Shown here in pieces: positions 24,125 through 36,582 of a stretch of DNA of 64,000 nucleotides. Made by a program: the position numbers and the translations under genes. Position 1 is the stretch's first letter. The number at the start of each line of letters is the position of its first letter. Source of the DNA: Torpedo marmorata (lineage: Eukaryota). Below the pieces are notes generated by a model. That model saw only the letters and a list, made by a program, of their open reading frames with translations, searched no databases and was not told the origin of the DNA. Where the stretch lies: positions 162,254,001 to 162,318,000 of the forward strand of contig OZ360222.1 of assembly GCA_977017645.1 (NCBI GenBank). The letters run 5' to 3'.

Positions 24125-24840
24125 TATGCCTTTACCAATTTTTTGAGGGAACTTTCCAATCAGCCCCACTCTCTCCCCATGTATTTTCTTTCCTTTGCAA
24201 GTGTATATCCAATGATCTTTTGAAGGTTGCTGTTGAATATGCTACCTTCGCCCTTTGAGACAGTATATTCTGGATCATTTTAACTCTGCAAAATTAAGGT
24301 TTTCCCAGGCTATTTTACCTATTATGCCAGTATGTCCTCTGGTTATTGACTGACACATCAGAGAAATGGTGCATGCTGTTTTACTCTCTATGAAAACTCT
24401 CCATCATTTTAAAAACATCCCAAAGACATTGAAAATTTCATCAATGAACATTGATAACGAAAAAGGGTACTATGAGAAATAGTTCCCTTGAAGTTTCTGT
24501 GGGATTCTCAACTGGTTTGATAATTCTCTGACAGGTGCTGACCAACTCTTGCGAACTTAAATCCAGCAAGCTTGAATGCTGAATTGAGGTTCATGAATTG
24601 TGAGCGCCCAAGTTGAACATGTGCCATTGTTCATCACAAAACCATTTAAAAACTTATATTGAGAACTCTGAAGCATTTACTAAAGCCATGCTCCATTGAT
24701 AGGATCACCAATGGGGGAGCAGTCATCTTTCACAGTGATGAATCAAAAGAAACTTTCCACTGTTGATGTGACAAAAATGATTCGTTCCTTCTTGTGTTCA
24801 TTTTAGAACTGTTTTGTGTGATAATGTGAATAGAATTTCA

Positions 24841-27202
24841 CAGATGTGTTCAGGAAAGTTTCTTGACACAATATGTGGATATGCCTACAAGAGGAGAGTC
24901 TGTACTTGATTTGGTATTGGGAAATGCACCTGGTCAGGCGTCAGATCTCTCAGTGGGAGAGCATCTTGGAGATAGTGATCATAATTCTATCTCCTTTACA
25001 ATAGCTTTGGAGAGTGATAAGAATAGACAAGTTAGAAAAACATTCAATTGGAGTAAGGGGAATTATGAGGCTATCAGGCAAGAAATTGGAAGATTAAATT
25101 GGGAACGGATGTTCTCGGGGGGAAAAGTACAGAGGAAATGTGGCAAACGTTCAGGGGATATTTATGTGAAGTTATGAATAGATATGTTCCAATGAGAAAG
25201 GGAAGTTATGGTCGGGTACAGGAACCATGGTATACAAAGGCTGTGAAAAGGCTAGTGAAGAAGAAAAGAAAGGCTTACAAAAGGTTAAGAGGGATAGGTA
25301 GTGTTAGAGAACGAGAAGAGTATAAGATTAGCAGGAGAGAGCTTAAAAAGGAAATTAGGAGAGCAAGAAGGGGCCATGAGAAGGCCTTGGCGGGCAGAAT
25401 TAAGGAAAACCCAAAGGCATTCTACAAGTATGTGAAGAGTAAGAGGATTAGACGTGAAAAGATAGGACCTATTAAGTGTGACAGTGGGAAGGTGTGTATG
25501 GAACCGGAGGAAATAGCGGAGGTACTTAATGAATACTTTGCTTCAGTATTCACTATTGAAAAGGATCTAGGGAATTGTAGTAATGACTTACAGCAGACTG
25601 AAAAGATTGAGAATGTATATATTAAGAGAAAGGATGTGTTGGAGCTTTTGGAAAGCATCAAGTTGGATAAGTCACCGGGACAGGATGAGATGTACCCTCG
25701 GCTGCTGTGGGAGGCAAGGGAAGAAATTGCTGAACCTCTGGCGCTGATATTTGAATCATCATTGGGGAAGGGAGAGGTGCCGGAGGACTGGAGAGTTGCA
25801 AATGTTGTTCCTTTGTTTAAGAAGGGGAGTAGATATAGCCCAGGAAATTACTTCGGTGGTTGGAAAATTGATGGAGAGGATCTTGAGAGACAGGATTTAT
25901 GAGCATTTAGAAACTTACAATAGGATTAGGAATAGTCAACATGGCTTTGTTAAGGGCAAGTCGTGCCTTACGTACCTGATTGAATTTTTTGAAGATGTGA
26001 CTAAACACATTGACGAAGGAGAAGCAGTGGATGTAGTGTATATGGATTTCAGCAAAGCATTTGATAAGGTACCACATGCAAGGCTAATTAAGAAGGTAAG
26101 GAGGCATGGAGGATGTTGCTTTGTGGATCCAGAACTGGCTTGACAACAGAAGGCAAAGAGTGGTAGTGGATGGGTCATATTCTTCATGGAGGTCGGTGAC
26201 CAGTGGTGTTCCTCAGGGATCTGTCCTGGGACCTCTACTATTCGTGATTTTTATAGATGACTTGGATGAGGAAGTGGAGGGATGGGTTAGTAAATTTGCT
26301 GATGACACTAAAGTTGGGGGAGTTATTGATAATGTGGAGGGCTGTCAGAAGGTACAGAGGGATATTGATAGAATGCAAAACTGGGCTGAGAAGTGGCAGA
26401 TGGAGTTTAACCCGGACAAGTGTGAAGTGGTTCATTTTGGTAGGTCAAATAGGATGGCAGAATATAGTATTAATGATAAGACTATTGGCAGCGTGGAAGT
26501 TCAAAGAGATCTTGGGGTTCAAGTACATAGAACACTCAAACCAACTGCACAGAGTCAGTGGTTAAGAAGGCATACGGCGTATTGGCCTTTTTTAAATCGA
26601 GGAATTGAATTTAGGAGTCGAGAGGTAATGTTGCAACTGTATAGGACGTTGGTCAGAGCTATATTGGAGTATTGTGTGCAGTTCTGGTCGCCTCACTACC
26701 GGAAGGATGTGGAGGCATTAAAAAGGGTGCAGAGGAGATTTACTAGGATGTTGCCTGGTTTAGGGAGCATGCCCTATGAAAACTGGTTGAGGGAACTAGG
26801 CCTTTTCTCCTTGGAAGGAAGGAGGATGAGAGGGGACATGATTGAGGTGTTTAAGATGATAAGGGGCTTTGATCGTGTAGGCAGTCAGAGGCTTTTTCCA
26901 AGGGCCGAAATGGTTGCTACAAGGGGACACAGGTTTAAGGTGTTGGGAAGAAGGTATAGAGGAAATGTCAGAGGAACGTTTTTTACGCAGAGAGTGGTGG
27001 GTGTGTGGAATGAGTTGCCGGCAACGGTGGTGGAGGCGGATTCTATAGGGACTTTTAAGAGACTTTTGGATAGGAACGTGGAGCTCAGAAATATAGAGGG
27101 ATATAAGAAAGTCTATCAATTTCGAGAGTAGTGACATGTTCGGCACAACTTTGTGGGCCGAAGGGCCTGTATTCTGCTGTCGGTTTTCTATGATTCTATG
27201 AT
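24841..27202 (+). mobile_element. CR1 LINE, most of ORF2, frameshifted
   Basis: LDLVL..SDHN endonuclease end, QHGF, DFSKAFDKV, GVPQGSVLGP, FADD motifs in ORFs 24863-27131; (ttctatga) tail. Confidence 0.95.
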
Positions 27203-27243
27203 ATATGGAATTTGGTCAAGAAGTGCAGGTTCAATTTTAATGT

Positions 27244-27400
27244 TTAAGGAAAAGTTGGATAAGTATATGGACGAGAGAGGTGTGGAGGGTTATGGGCCGG
27301 GTGCGGGTCAGTGGGACTAGGTGGGAGAAGGTGTTCGGCATGGACTAGAAGGGCCGATCTGGCCTGTTTCTGTGCTGTAAGTGTTATATGGTTATATGGC
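27244..27400 (+). mobile_element. Second CR1 3' tail
   Basis: CR1 3' UTR ending gttatatggttatatgg. Confidence 0.75.
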
Positions 27401-27495
27401 TTTGATATGCCAAAGTCAGATGCCAAAATTTAAAATGATTACTGTTGTAACCAGTTCCTTACCTCTTTTCTTTTACTGTGTTTCTTGCTGTTCAG

Positions 27496-27674
27496 ATGCT
27501 TGAAATACGATTGCATTATGAAATAAATATTCTCGAGTCACCAGAGACTGACCAAATACCACCAGTGGGAATTTCATGCCAGGGATCAAATTCTCAGACT
27601 GCAAACTCTCAGTCTCACCCTTCCACAAGCAGCACCTCATCAGATGGCCTCCGCGATAATGTGCCCTGCCTCAA
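27496..27674 (+). CDS. STXBP5: Tomosyn-1 exon (MLEIRLHYEINILESPETDQ…SHPSTSSTSSDGLRDNVPCLK)
   Basis: ttcag|ATG acceptor, AA|gtgagt donor; SHPSTSS.SSDGLRDNVPCLK matches STXBP5. Confidence 0.95.
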
Positions 27675-27739
27675 GTGAGTACCGAGCAACCCTTGAAACC
27701 AGCTTGATCCATCAGTATCATTTTCATAAAAAGAAAGAG

Positions 27740-28110
27740 TTGAATTTATATGTGGTCCTGCAAGACTTCATCAGGACCAATTACTAGAGTCTATGAAATA
27801 CTTTAAAGTGTAGTTATTTTTGCAATGTGAGGAAAGGTATAGCTAATTTGTAGACTGCTTTGAGAGTAAGTGAGTTGTGTTCTCTCATTCCACAAACGCT
27901 GCGTGATTTGTTAAAGGTGCCTGTTGAGGAATATCTGGAGAAAGTGTCCCGCTTCTTTCAGTATTGCCTAAGCATCACTTGAAAGACTAGGAGGGTTTTT
28001 GGTTCAGCATCTCATCTCAAGGGCAATGTCCACAGCAGTGCAGTACTCCATAGGTTCTGCGCTGGAATATTGGCTGGGAATTTTGCATTCAAAACTCAAT
28101 AATTGATCTT
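27740..28110 (-). mobile_element. Deu-domain SINE remnant
   Basis: tatgaaatactttaaagtgtagttattttt…catctcatctcaagggc…cagtgcagtactcc. Confidence 0.6.
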
Positions 28111-28254
28111 GAACACATATCCCATTTACCCACTTGCATTTACCAACTGCTGCTGTGCTACAGCTGTCAATTTAATGAGAGAGAGGGAGCTTATTGAATA
28201 AATTTATTTCCTCTATTAAAAGAATGGTAATAGTATTAATTGTAAATTGGCCTG

Positions 28255-28417
28255 TATGTGGCACTGTGGTTAGGGATGCTACCTCAGAACTCCAGCAGTC
28301 CAGATTTGATCCTGACCAAGTGCTTTTGCTTGGAGTTTGCATATTCTTCCCCCGATTGTGCGGGTTTCCCCCAGGTGCTCTGGTTTCCTCCCAAAATACT
28401 GGTTAGTTGGTTAATTA
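28255..28417 (+). mobile_element. V-SINE 5' part, interrupted by the pogo element (probably resumes ~29342-29510)
   Basis: tRNA head plus V-domain ggagtttgcatattcttcccc…gggtttccccc. Confidence 0.7.
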
Positions 28418-29339
28418 CTGTATATTTCAGCGTATAAGACGACCTTCAGATAAGACGGGTCCCCAATTTCAGCCTGAATTTCATGGTCTTATCATATATC
28501 GGGTGTATAAGGCGACCCCCCCAAAAAAATACGTGTGTTGACTGAGCTGGTGTCGCGTTGACCGAGCTGTTGGGCGTGGCCGGAAGGTGGGTGTTATCAT
28601 GGAGCCTCCAGCAAAACGAAGAAAGTATGAAGCAAGTTTTAAGTTAAAAGTCATTGAAGTGGCCAAGGAATCTACCAACTGTGCTGCTGCAAGGACATTT
28701 GACATAACTGAGAAGATGGTAAGAGAATGGAGAAAAAATGAAGATGTTTTAAGAAAAATACCAAAGAATCAATGTTCGATGAGAAGGGGAATCATTCGTT
28801 GGCCAGAGTTTGAAAATCACGTTGCAGAATGGGTACTCGAACAGAGTCACAAGAAATAAAATCAGAGCATATGCACTGAAGTGGGCAAGGTCAAACCCAG
28901 AACACAGTAGAGATTTTAAAGGTACAGTTGGCTGGTACAGCCGTTTCATGAACAGGAAAAATCTGGTAATACGACAAAAAACAAAAATTGCTCAGAATCT
29001 ACCAAAAGATCTTGATCATAAAGATTCAGTCTGGGACCCGTATGATGACAGTGTAAACAGTGAGACTCCGGATGTGCTTGCAGAGTTCTTTGCCTCAGAC
29101 GATGATAGTGATTTTGAAGGATTTTAGATGTGTTTTTTTACAATAAAATTTCTTTCTAATATACCGGTAGCTTAAAAGTTTGTTGTAGGGTTGGGTCTGA
29201 GTGGGTTATGGAACCAATCAAATGGTATTTTGAGTAGAATTTTAAGGTCACGTTTTTGTATCTGGCCTATAAGATGACCCCTGTTTTTGGCATGTTTTTT
29301 GGGTGCTTCAAGGGTTGTCTTATACGCCGAAATATAGGG
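28418..29339 (+). mobile_element. pogo-family DNA transposon, internally deleted
   Basis: TIRs CTGTATATTTCAGCGTATAAGACGACC / GGTTGTCTTATACGCCGAAATATAGGG, TA flanks. Confidence 0.9.
28599..29127 (+). pseudogene. pogo transposase remnant: Brinker-like DBD plus CENP-B HTH joined to the acidic tail, DDE domain absent
   Basis: KRRKYEASFKLKVIEVA…AAARTFDITEKMVREWRK; FKGTVGW..RFM.RK.L; terminal DDDSDFEGF*; one frameshift. Confidence 0.8.
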
Positions 29340-31503
29340 TAGATACTACAAACTTCCCTCAGGATAGGTAGGTGCTGATAAGATAAGTGAGGTGTGGGGG
29401 AGGCGAGGGAGAGTTGATAGGTATGTGTGAGAGAATAGATTACTGGGAAATAGTTGGGCGAAAGAGATTGCTTTGTGAACTGGCATTGACTCAATAGGTT
29501 GAATTTTCTCCCTAGTTGTCAGAAGTATTAGGTGTCTTGAGTATTAGGTTAATTATAAAATAACGTGTTTGTTTCTTGTTTGGGTGCATGGTGAGGGGGT
29601 GGTTTACAAAATGGTATGATAGTATTAGTCACATCATTAATGTCTATTACTGTTCCACCTGTATTTGGATAATTTTGCTTGTGCTTTTTATGCTCATTTG
29701 TGTGGTTTAGAGTTCTATAGTGGCCATTGAATACTGGAGTGACCACTGAGTCAGAAGGTTGTAGCACTGCTAACTCTCACCTTTCGCCCCACAGGAATTC
29801 TGTCATTCAGACTGCCTTGCTGCTATTTAATGCAGAGTTCTGCAGAAAGTTAGAGGAAAGAAGTTAAGAGAATACTATATTTGTTATTGGGAGCCGGAGA
29901 AACCCAGCAGGTCACGCAATATCCAAAGGAAGTAAAAGGCAGTTTACATTTTGGGCCTGAGGCCTTCATCACAAGAATTTTGCCATGTTGGGCATGATTC
30001 CAGGATGTCACCTTCCTGGTTCCAATATCAAGATATCACAAAGAGAAGGCAGGATATTTGGAGGAGGGCAGTGAGCAGCCATAGGTGTCTTCTCTTATTA
30101 GTACCAAAGTCAGAAAAAGGAGAGGCAAAGTCTTGCAGATTTTAAGTTGTTTGAAAGGAGATGAAGAAGCAGGCTCTCCAGATCACTCGTGGCACCGCAG
30201 AATACAGAAATGGGTGGGTGGTGCAGCTGAATGTGTGACTGGAGAAATGTTGCTGGAGGGAGGGCTTCAGATTTTTTGAGCATCAGTACTGGTTCCATAT
30301 CTCATGCAATAATATGCAAAATACGTCAACTTTTGCCTGCCGTAAAATCGCACTCAGAGGTGCCACTTACGTGGCCCAGCTCCTCCAACAATCAGAGAAA
30401 GAGAAGCAAAAGAGAGTCCCTTCAGAGACACCGAGTGTGCGTGGATTTGTCTCCTGTGCTCCCGCAATATCTGCAGCCGCACAGCCTTCTGTCTGATCCA
30501 TTGGTGAACCTGAGAACTGATTCTGGAAAAGGTGGGACTTGCACAGTGGCATCTCAACAGGGTGGGGACTGATATTCTCATTGGCAGGTTTGCTGCTTCT
30601 TTGAGGGAGGGTTTAAGTGATCTTGGCAGTTGGGCAGAAACTGAAGATGTATTCAGAAGGGAGAAAAACAGAGTTGAAATACAAATCAGAAAACTAATGA
30701 GAGAGTTTGGAAGACAGAGAAAACAAAAGTTGGAAAACAGACCAAAAAAAGGGAGTCTGGCTGTGTTTAATGGTACACTCCAAACTGCAAGGACTACTGT
30801 GAATAAGGATGTGTTATGGGCAAAAGAAACACTTGGAAGAATGGAGTTTCTCCAGCATCTTTGGGCACTATGCTTGGAAGAATAATATTTTAGCTTCTGA
30901 AGCTTGGTTGAACAAAGGCCAGGAAAGACCACTTAATGTCCATGAACACAAGGGTTTTGGAAGAGATAGTGGGATACACAAAATAAGGATCTGACAATAT
31001 TGGTTAAAGAAACAACTTCACTTATGGAAGGGATGATACATTCGAAGGATCATCAAAGGAGAGTGTCCTGTTGAAATAAACAAAATAGAGGCAGTGATAC
31101 TGGAAGTGCACGAAAGTTGTCCAAAAAGTACAAGGAGAAAGACTAAGAAATGTGCAGGTAAATGTGTGAAAATATTAGGGCAATGGTCGTGGGGAACTTC
31201 AATTCCTCAAATATCAACTGGGAGACCATCAGCATTAAAGGCACAGAGGACAGAGTAACTAAATTTGTATTTGGAGTCTGCAGGTTGTAAGCCCAGCAAG
31301 AAGAGGTGCTATCTGAATCTAATATTTGGCAGTTAAACTGGATAAGTGGAAGAAATAGCAATGGAGAAAGTTGGTAGTGATCATAATTCACTTAGATTCA
31401 GTGGAGTTATGGAAAGACAAAGGTGAAGAAATATACATTCTAAACTGGGGGCAGACCAATTTTAGTAGGTTGAAAAAATGATTCTGTAAAAATAGGCAGA
31501 GCA

Positions 31504-31872
31504 TAAATTCCCTTTTTTATATATAAGGGAATTTTATTTATAACTTTCCTTACCTTAAAAGAAAGTATATTTTGCCTCGGGATTTTATTGTTTTTTTTTT
31601 ACTCTTCCCCCCATTGAAGGGTTATCCTTTTTTTTCTCTTTTCTTTTTCTTTTCAATATTATCTTTAGATATATTATGAAGAATGTGTTAACTGTTAATT
31701 CAACCCAATCCTAGATTTAATGTTTTGGATAAGATTAAGTTAAGAAAATAATTATGGTTATGTTTTCGATTTACAATTTATGTTTGTTATGTATATGATA
31801 TGGTTTATGTCATTTACTAGATTATTATGTGTATAGGTTCTTTATTAAACTCAATAAAAATATTTTTAAAAG
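31504..31872 (+). mobile_element. AT-rich retroposed 3' UTR-like insert with 15-bp TSD
   Basis: aaaataggcagagca at 31489-31503 and 31873-31887; aataaa and A-rich end. Confidence 0.75.
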
Positions 31873-33188
31873 AAAATAGGCAGAGCAGATGTTTAGTAAA
31901 TCAGTCTGAGCAATGTCACGATTTAAGAGGGAGATTCAAGGGGCCCAGTGTAGACATTTTCCCCCAAAGAGGGACTGCAAATTTTGGAGGCCACTGGATA
32001 ACTTAAAATGGTGCGTAGAAGGTCAGGAAAGGAATGAAGCTTTTGTCAGCCACCCACGGCTTAGACTGCTGAAAGCCTGGAATAATGTAGAAAATGAAGG
32101 AGTGAAGTTAAATGGGAAATCAGGAAAGCAAGGAGGAGGCATGAAAAAAAAAATATTGGCAAGTCAAATCAAAAAAAATTCAAAAGTGTTCTTAAGAGGA
32201 TATCTCAGGAGAGCACAGGGCCTTTTCCGGACCAGAAAGTGATGTGTTGGGATATAGGATGTGGGTAATGTTCTTAATATCTCATGGCTTGCTTTTCCAA
32301 AGAAGGAGGGGGAATGTTGACCTGACAGAAGAGTGCAAAATATTGGATGGATGAACATGGTAGAAGAGGAAATATTCAATGGTTCAGCATCTTTGAAAGC
32401 ATTAAGTCCTCAGACCTGGATGAAATATACCCCAGGCTATTGAAGCAAGCAAGAGAGGAATCTGCAAAGGTTCTGACCATCTTCTCATCTGGCTACATGA
32501 TCAGTGCCAGAGAAATGGAGAGCTGCTAACATTGTAATGTTGTTTAAAAATGGAGGGAGGCATAAACCAAGTAATTTCAGGCTTTTGGAGCAAATTACAG
32601 GCATTGGTTTAAGTTTGGAATCAATTCAGTCAGGTGATCAGAACACTAAACCTTCATTTGGAAAGTTACAGATTAATTTAGTACAATCAAATTTCAGTGA
32701 AGATCATGCCTAGCAAGCCTGATTTAATTTTTTTGAGTTAGTAATAAGAAGAGTCAAAAATGGCAGAGGATTTAGTGTCCCTGTGGATTGTCCCACATGG
32801 CAGGCGTCAAAAATGTAAAAGCCAATAGAATCCAGAGTGACAAAATCTGTATCCAAAATTGTCTCAGTACCTCAAGGCAATAGGTAAAGGTTAACAGTGA
32901 CTGAAAGCTGTTAACAATAGGATGCCATGGAGCTTAGTATTCAGTCCATGATCCAGTCACTTGGGGTTAAAAAAAAACAAATAAAATTCATTCCAGAAAA
33001 GTGTGAGTTAATGCATTTGGGGAGGTCCAATGACGCAAGAGGATATGCAATAAATAGGAGTATACTGAGAGGGAAGACTTATGATGGATATTCCCTAAAA
33101 TCCTTCAAGGAAGGACAAATCAATAAAATGTTTAAAGAGGCATACGAGATGCTTTTCTTTATCAGCCAACATTGGAATATAAGATCAG

Positions 33189-33575
33189 GGAGTTTATCAA
33201 GTTCATTATCATCTGACTGTACGTATACAACCAGACAAAACAGTGTTTCTCTGGACCATGGTGGATGCACACAATGCACAGCACATAATAATCACACACA
33301 CACTATAAAATAAATGTACATAAATATTTTGGAATAATTTACTCGGTTACAGGATACTGTTCATCAATCTCACAGCCTGTGGGGAAAAAGCTATTTCCCA
33401 GCCAGACTGATGGCTTAAAAGTCCATCACAAGTCAGCTCTCTCAGTATGCTGATTTTAATGCTCCTGTACTTCCTTTCTGATGGAAGTAGGTCAGAGATA
33501 ATGTGTGATGGATGGAAAGGTTCCTCAATAATTCTTTTGAGCCCTATTTAGGCAACGCTCCCAGTGAATGCCTGC
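33189..33575 (-). mobile_element. Rex1/Babar 3' fragment
   Basis: tail similar to 20915-21140; ctcctgtacttcctttctgatggaagtagg (LLPSERKYRS). Confidence 0.7.
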
Positions 33576-33670
33576 CAAACACGAGTTAGACTGTAGCTTG
33601 AGTACTCCACATGGTTCTGGTCACCATATTGCAGGAGAAAGTGTTCGCACTGGAAAAGGGGCAGAGAAGA

Positions 33671-35590
33671 TTTTTTTTTAAATATTTTATTTAAAATTTT
33701 AAATCACAAAATACATAAAGTAAAATATAAAATTATCAAAATACTTGTGATACATTTTCATCCCCCTCCCTCCCTCCCCTCCCTAACCGTCCCATCCCTA
33801 CTAATCTAATAAAATAAAAAGGAAAAGAAAAAGATAGAATAAGGAGAATGTCAATCTAAAAAATACATCTATAACTAATTTTATATGGAGGATAGGTTCA
33901 CCAGTCAGATCCGATGTCCAGAGATCATCAAATCCTCAAACCAACAGCCTTCATATATGGGCTCCATATTTTCAAAAAGAAATGATATTTATTACGTAAA
34001 TTATAAGTAATTTTTTCAAGTGGTATGCATGAACGAAGTTCTGCATGCCATCTCTCTAACCCTAAATCTACATCAGATTTCCATGTAATAGCAATACATT
34101 TCTTAGAAACTACTAAAGCAATTTGCAAAAATTCTATTTGATACGTATTTAATTTCATCTTAATACTAACTCTTTTAATATCTCCAAACAAAAATATCAT
34201 TGGGTCTATTGGGAATGTAATTTTTAATACTTTATCTAAAAACTTTTTAACTTTCAACCAAAAATCATAAACCTTTGGACAAAACCATGTAGAGTGTTCA
34301 AAAGAACCTTCCTCTCTATTACATCTAAAACATAAGCCTGATAATGTCGCATTAAATTTCTTTAATATTTTAGGCGTTAAATATAATTGATGAAAAAAAT
34401 TATATTGAACTAATCTATATCTAACGTTAATAATCTTCGTCATACTTAGTTTACATAATTCTTTCCAATGTTCTTCATCTATTGTTACATTCAAATCTGA
34501 TTCCCATTTTAATCTTGATTTATGGATTCCTATTTTAGGGATTTTCCTCTGAAACAGTCTATACATTTGAGAAATAAATTTATTTACACCTCCGTTAGTA
34601 ACTAATAATTCTAATTCACTCTGTCTTGGTAAAGTCAAACTATAACCTAATTTCCCAACTAAAAATGCTCTAATTTGATAATAAGCAAAAAGTGTATTTT
34701 CAATACATTAAACTTATCTTTCATTCTTTGAAAAGTAATAAATTTACCAGCTTCAAAACAATCATTTATTTTCTTAATTCCCTTTTGGAACCAAATTTTA
34801 AATAATTGATTATCAACAGTAAATGGAATAAGTTTATTTTGATATAAAGGCATTTTTGGAGAAATCAACCCTTTCCCTCCTATCTCCCTATCCACTCTAT
34901 TCCATATTTCTAACAAATGTTTAAAAATAGGAGAATTTTTCCCTCTTGTTAATAATAATTTAGAATTCCATTTATAAATAACTTCTTCTTTCAGATCTTC
35001 TCCTATATTATTTAATTATATTCTAATCCAAGCAGAAGACTTAGCTAAATCAAACAATTCATTAACAATTTTTAATTGAGCTGCTCTATAATAATTTTGA
35101 AAATTAGGAAGTTGCAAACCACCCATTTCATACTTCCAAGTTAACTTCTCCATACCTACTCTAGCCAACTTTCCTTTCCACAAAAACTTCCTAATAATTA
35201 AATTTAAATCTTTTAAAAATTTCGAAGGGATTTCGTAAGGAATTGATTGAAAAAGATATTGAATTCTTGGAAAGACATTCATCTTAATACAATTTACTCT
35301 TCCTATTAGAGTTATAGGTAAATCCTTCCAACTTTCTAAATCTTTTTTAATTTTCATAAATAATGGTAAATAATTTAATTTATATAGATTAGTTAATTTT
35401 GTATCAATCTTTATTCCCAAATATGTAATTCCTTCCTTTGACCATTTAAATTGTGTAATTTCTTTACATTTACTATAATCCCCTTGTGTTAATGCCATAA
35501 TTTCACTTTTATCAGAATTAATCTTATAACCAGATATTTCCCCATATTCTCTCAATAAAACAGTCAATTGCATTAAAGAAGTAATAGGTA
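33671..35590 (-). mobile_element. L1-clade LINE, 5'-truncated, with TSD
   Basis: poly(T) at 33671; TSD ggggcagagaaga at 33658-33670 and 35591-35603; SGYKIN..KS, YLGI, GGL.LP and CFRC…H..W.C zinc knuckle in ORFs 33928-35573. Confidence 0.95.
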
Positions 35591-36391
35591 GGGGCAGAGA
35601 AGATTAAGGAAAAATTGTCAAGACTAGAATATTTTAGCTCTGAAGAAAATTTGAATAGGCTGAGTTGTTTTTCCTTTGAACAGAGAAGGATGAGGAGAGA
35701 CTTGACTGAGATGTTGAAAATACAACAGGCTGAAAAAGAGTTTGTGGAAAATATCTACCAGTATTTTCCTTTGTAAAACATTTTAAAAAAAATACTTGCA
35801 CAGAATTGAAGTAATTGGTAGAAGGATAAAGGAGAGAAGAAAGAAGAGAGAGATTTTTCAGCCAAAGGGATTTAAGGATTTTAAACACATCATCAAACGT
35901 TTCTTGGATATCTACATGGAACTTGTATATTCATGAAGCTGCGACCTTGAAGTTACAGTTAGAAAGTGACATTTTGATTGATAGTTCTCTTCTAATCAGG
36001 ATGATTACAATGGGTCACATGGCCTCCTGTGTTGTTAGTTTTCTTTGATTTGGGATAGGTTGGTGCTCGGATCGAATTTCATTTCTCCCACCAGTCCTTT
36101 TTGCAGACATCATACAGTCCTTGTGCAAAATACCTGAGGCAGATCTGTGCCTCCAATACTGTAGGCATATGAAGTATATCACATCAGAGAGAAGAAAGCG
36201 AGAAATATTGAGTAAAATTTAGCCCTACTGTATATACTGTAATTTAAGTGAGGATGTTGCATTTTGAAAATTGTACTTTACATGTAAAACTAAATCTATG
36301 TTGAACTTTTAATGTATTAAAAGATCTTTATGTATTTAACACAATTATGAAAGGTATCATATTTGTCATGTGCATGTGTTTCCTTCTTCAG

Positions 36392-36517
36392 AATTAGAAG
36401 TACTCCATTAAAACAAGGGGCAGGCTACCAGGCTGAAGTAGTCATTCAGTTGGTTTGGGTTAACGGCGAGCCTCCACAGCAGATAACCAGCCTAGCAATC
36501 AATTCATCATATGGACT
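36392..36517 (+). CDS. STXBP5: Tomosyn-1 exon (IRSTPLKQGAGYQAEVVIQLVWVNGEPPQQITSLAINSSYGL)
   Basis: cttcag|A acceptor, CT|gtgagt donor; frame continuous. Confidence 0.95.
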
Positions 36518-36544
36518 GTGAGTACTAGTGTCTTCTGCGAGCAA

Positions 36545-36582
36545 AACTCTGGTTTTCTCTACCAACTCTGGTTTTCTCTACC
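36545..36582. repeat. 19-bp tandem duplication at the CR1 5' junction
   Basis: aactctggttttctctacc x2. Confidence 0.9.

Larger units (their letters stand above)
30500..33660 (+). mobile_element. Old CR1 LINE (ORF1 esterase end plus decayed ORF2); continues at 35604-36045
   Basis: HLNRVGTDIL esterase end; GNFN…NW, DEIYPRLLK, PEKWRAANI; interrupted by younger insertions. Confidence 0.7.

Noticed and set aside
24863-27131. RT ORFs as an active LINE, or as a prokaryotic retron/DGR-type system
   Set aside because: Motifs are typical CR1; frameshifts and 5' truncation; eukaryotic intron context.
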